A DNA stretch of 26,092 nucleotides from a virus (Duplodnaviria > Caudoviricetes), in the IMG/VR virus record IMGVR_UViG_3300034082_000455, positions 1-26,092 of that record. One strand, written 5' to 3'. Below are positions 25,776 to 26,092 of this stretch, piece after piece. The position numbers and the translations under genes are program-made. Each line of letters starts with the position of its first letter. Position 1 is the stretch's first letter. The notes below the pieces were generated by a model. It was not told where the DNA came from, did no database searches, and worked only from the letters and a program-made list of their open reading frames with translations.

Positions 25776-26092
25776 CATGGTTGTATAAGAAAAAAATCGT
25801 TGAAGAAATCTCAGAAGAGTATATCGGATTCGTATATCTTATTACAAATGTTATCTCTGGACGCAAGTACATAGGCAAAAAACTAGCAAAATTCGCTAAA
25901 ACAACATACAAAACAATCACACTTAAAAACGGCAAGAAGAAGCGAAAGAAGATTAGAGGCAAGATCGAAAGCGACTGGAAGGACTATTATGGTTCTAGCG
26001 ATGCGCTAACAGCAGACATACAGGCACTAGGCAAAGAAAACTTCACCAGAGAAATTCTATTTTACTGCACAACTAAATCAGAATGCAGCTAC
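25772..26092 (+). CDS. GIY-YIG endonuclease (T4 EndoII/Seg-like), 3'-truncated by the window edge
   Basis: Not in the ORF track. Manual translation: MTWLYKKKIVEEISEEYIGFVYLITNVISGRKYIGKK...ESDWKDYYGSS...GKENFTREILFYCTTKSECSY. It has the GFVY...YIG and YYGSS motifs and an ATGA overlap. Confidence 0.88.
   Translation, partial: MTWLYKKKIVEEISEEYIGFVYLITNVISGRKYIGKKLAKFAKTTYKTITLKNGKKKRKKIRGKIESDWKDYYGSSDALTADIQALGKENFTREILFYCTTKSECSY

Noticed and set aside
23706-25962. Minus-strand ORFs 23706..23936, 23968..24273 and 25684..25962
   Set aside because: They are antisense to gp47/gp46 and the GIY-YIG gene. The hydrophobic appearance of the last comes from reverse-complemented Lys codons.
1-26092. 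tRNA, CRISPR array, intron, intein or DGR
   Set aside because: Intergenic gaps are all under 60 nt. No nucleotide-level repeat arrays, intein motifs or reverse transcriptase were seen by eye; subtle cases cannot be excluded without tools.

Overview
The window comes from a large, AT-rich, T4-superfamily-like tailed phage genome with two divergent gene blocks. The minus strand (21781 to the left edge) is a contractile-tail baseplate operon. It runs gp48/54-like tube initiator, gp53-like, gp27-like hub, gp5/VgrG-like spike, gp25, an enlarged gp6, and a giant gp7/P2-gpI-like wedge gene of more than 4,129 codons. That gene is absent from the ORF track because it runs off the window. It is a nested mosaic: wedge-core motifs spread far apart, an integrin-alpha/FG-GAP-like propeller, seven CBM5/12-like modules, two cupredoxin-like domains lacking copper ligands, and other beta repeats. 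The plus strand (21838 to the right edge) carries an enlarged gp55-like late sigma factor, gp47/gp46 (Mre11/Rad50-like), a small Hc1-like protein and a truncated GIY-YIG nuclease. Candidate sigma70-type and T4-late-type promoters sit in the short intergenic gaps. All calls come from manual translation and motif recognition; no searches were run.
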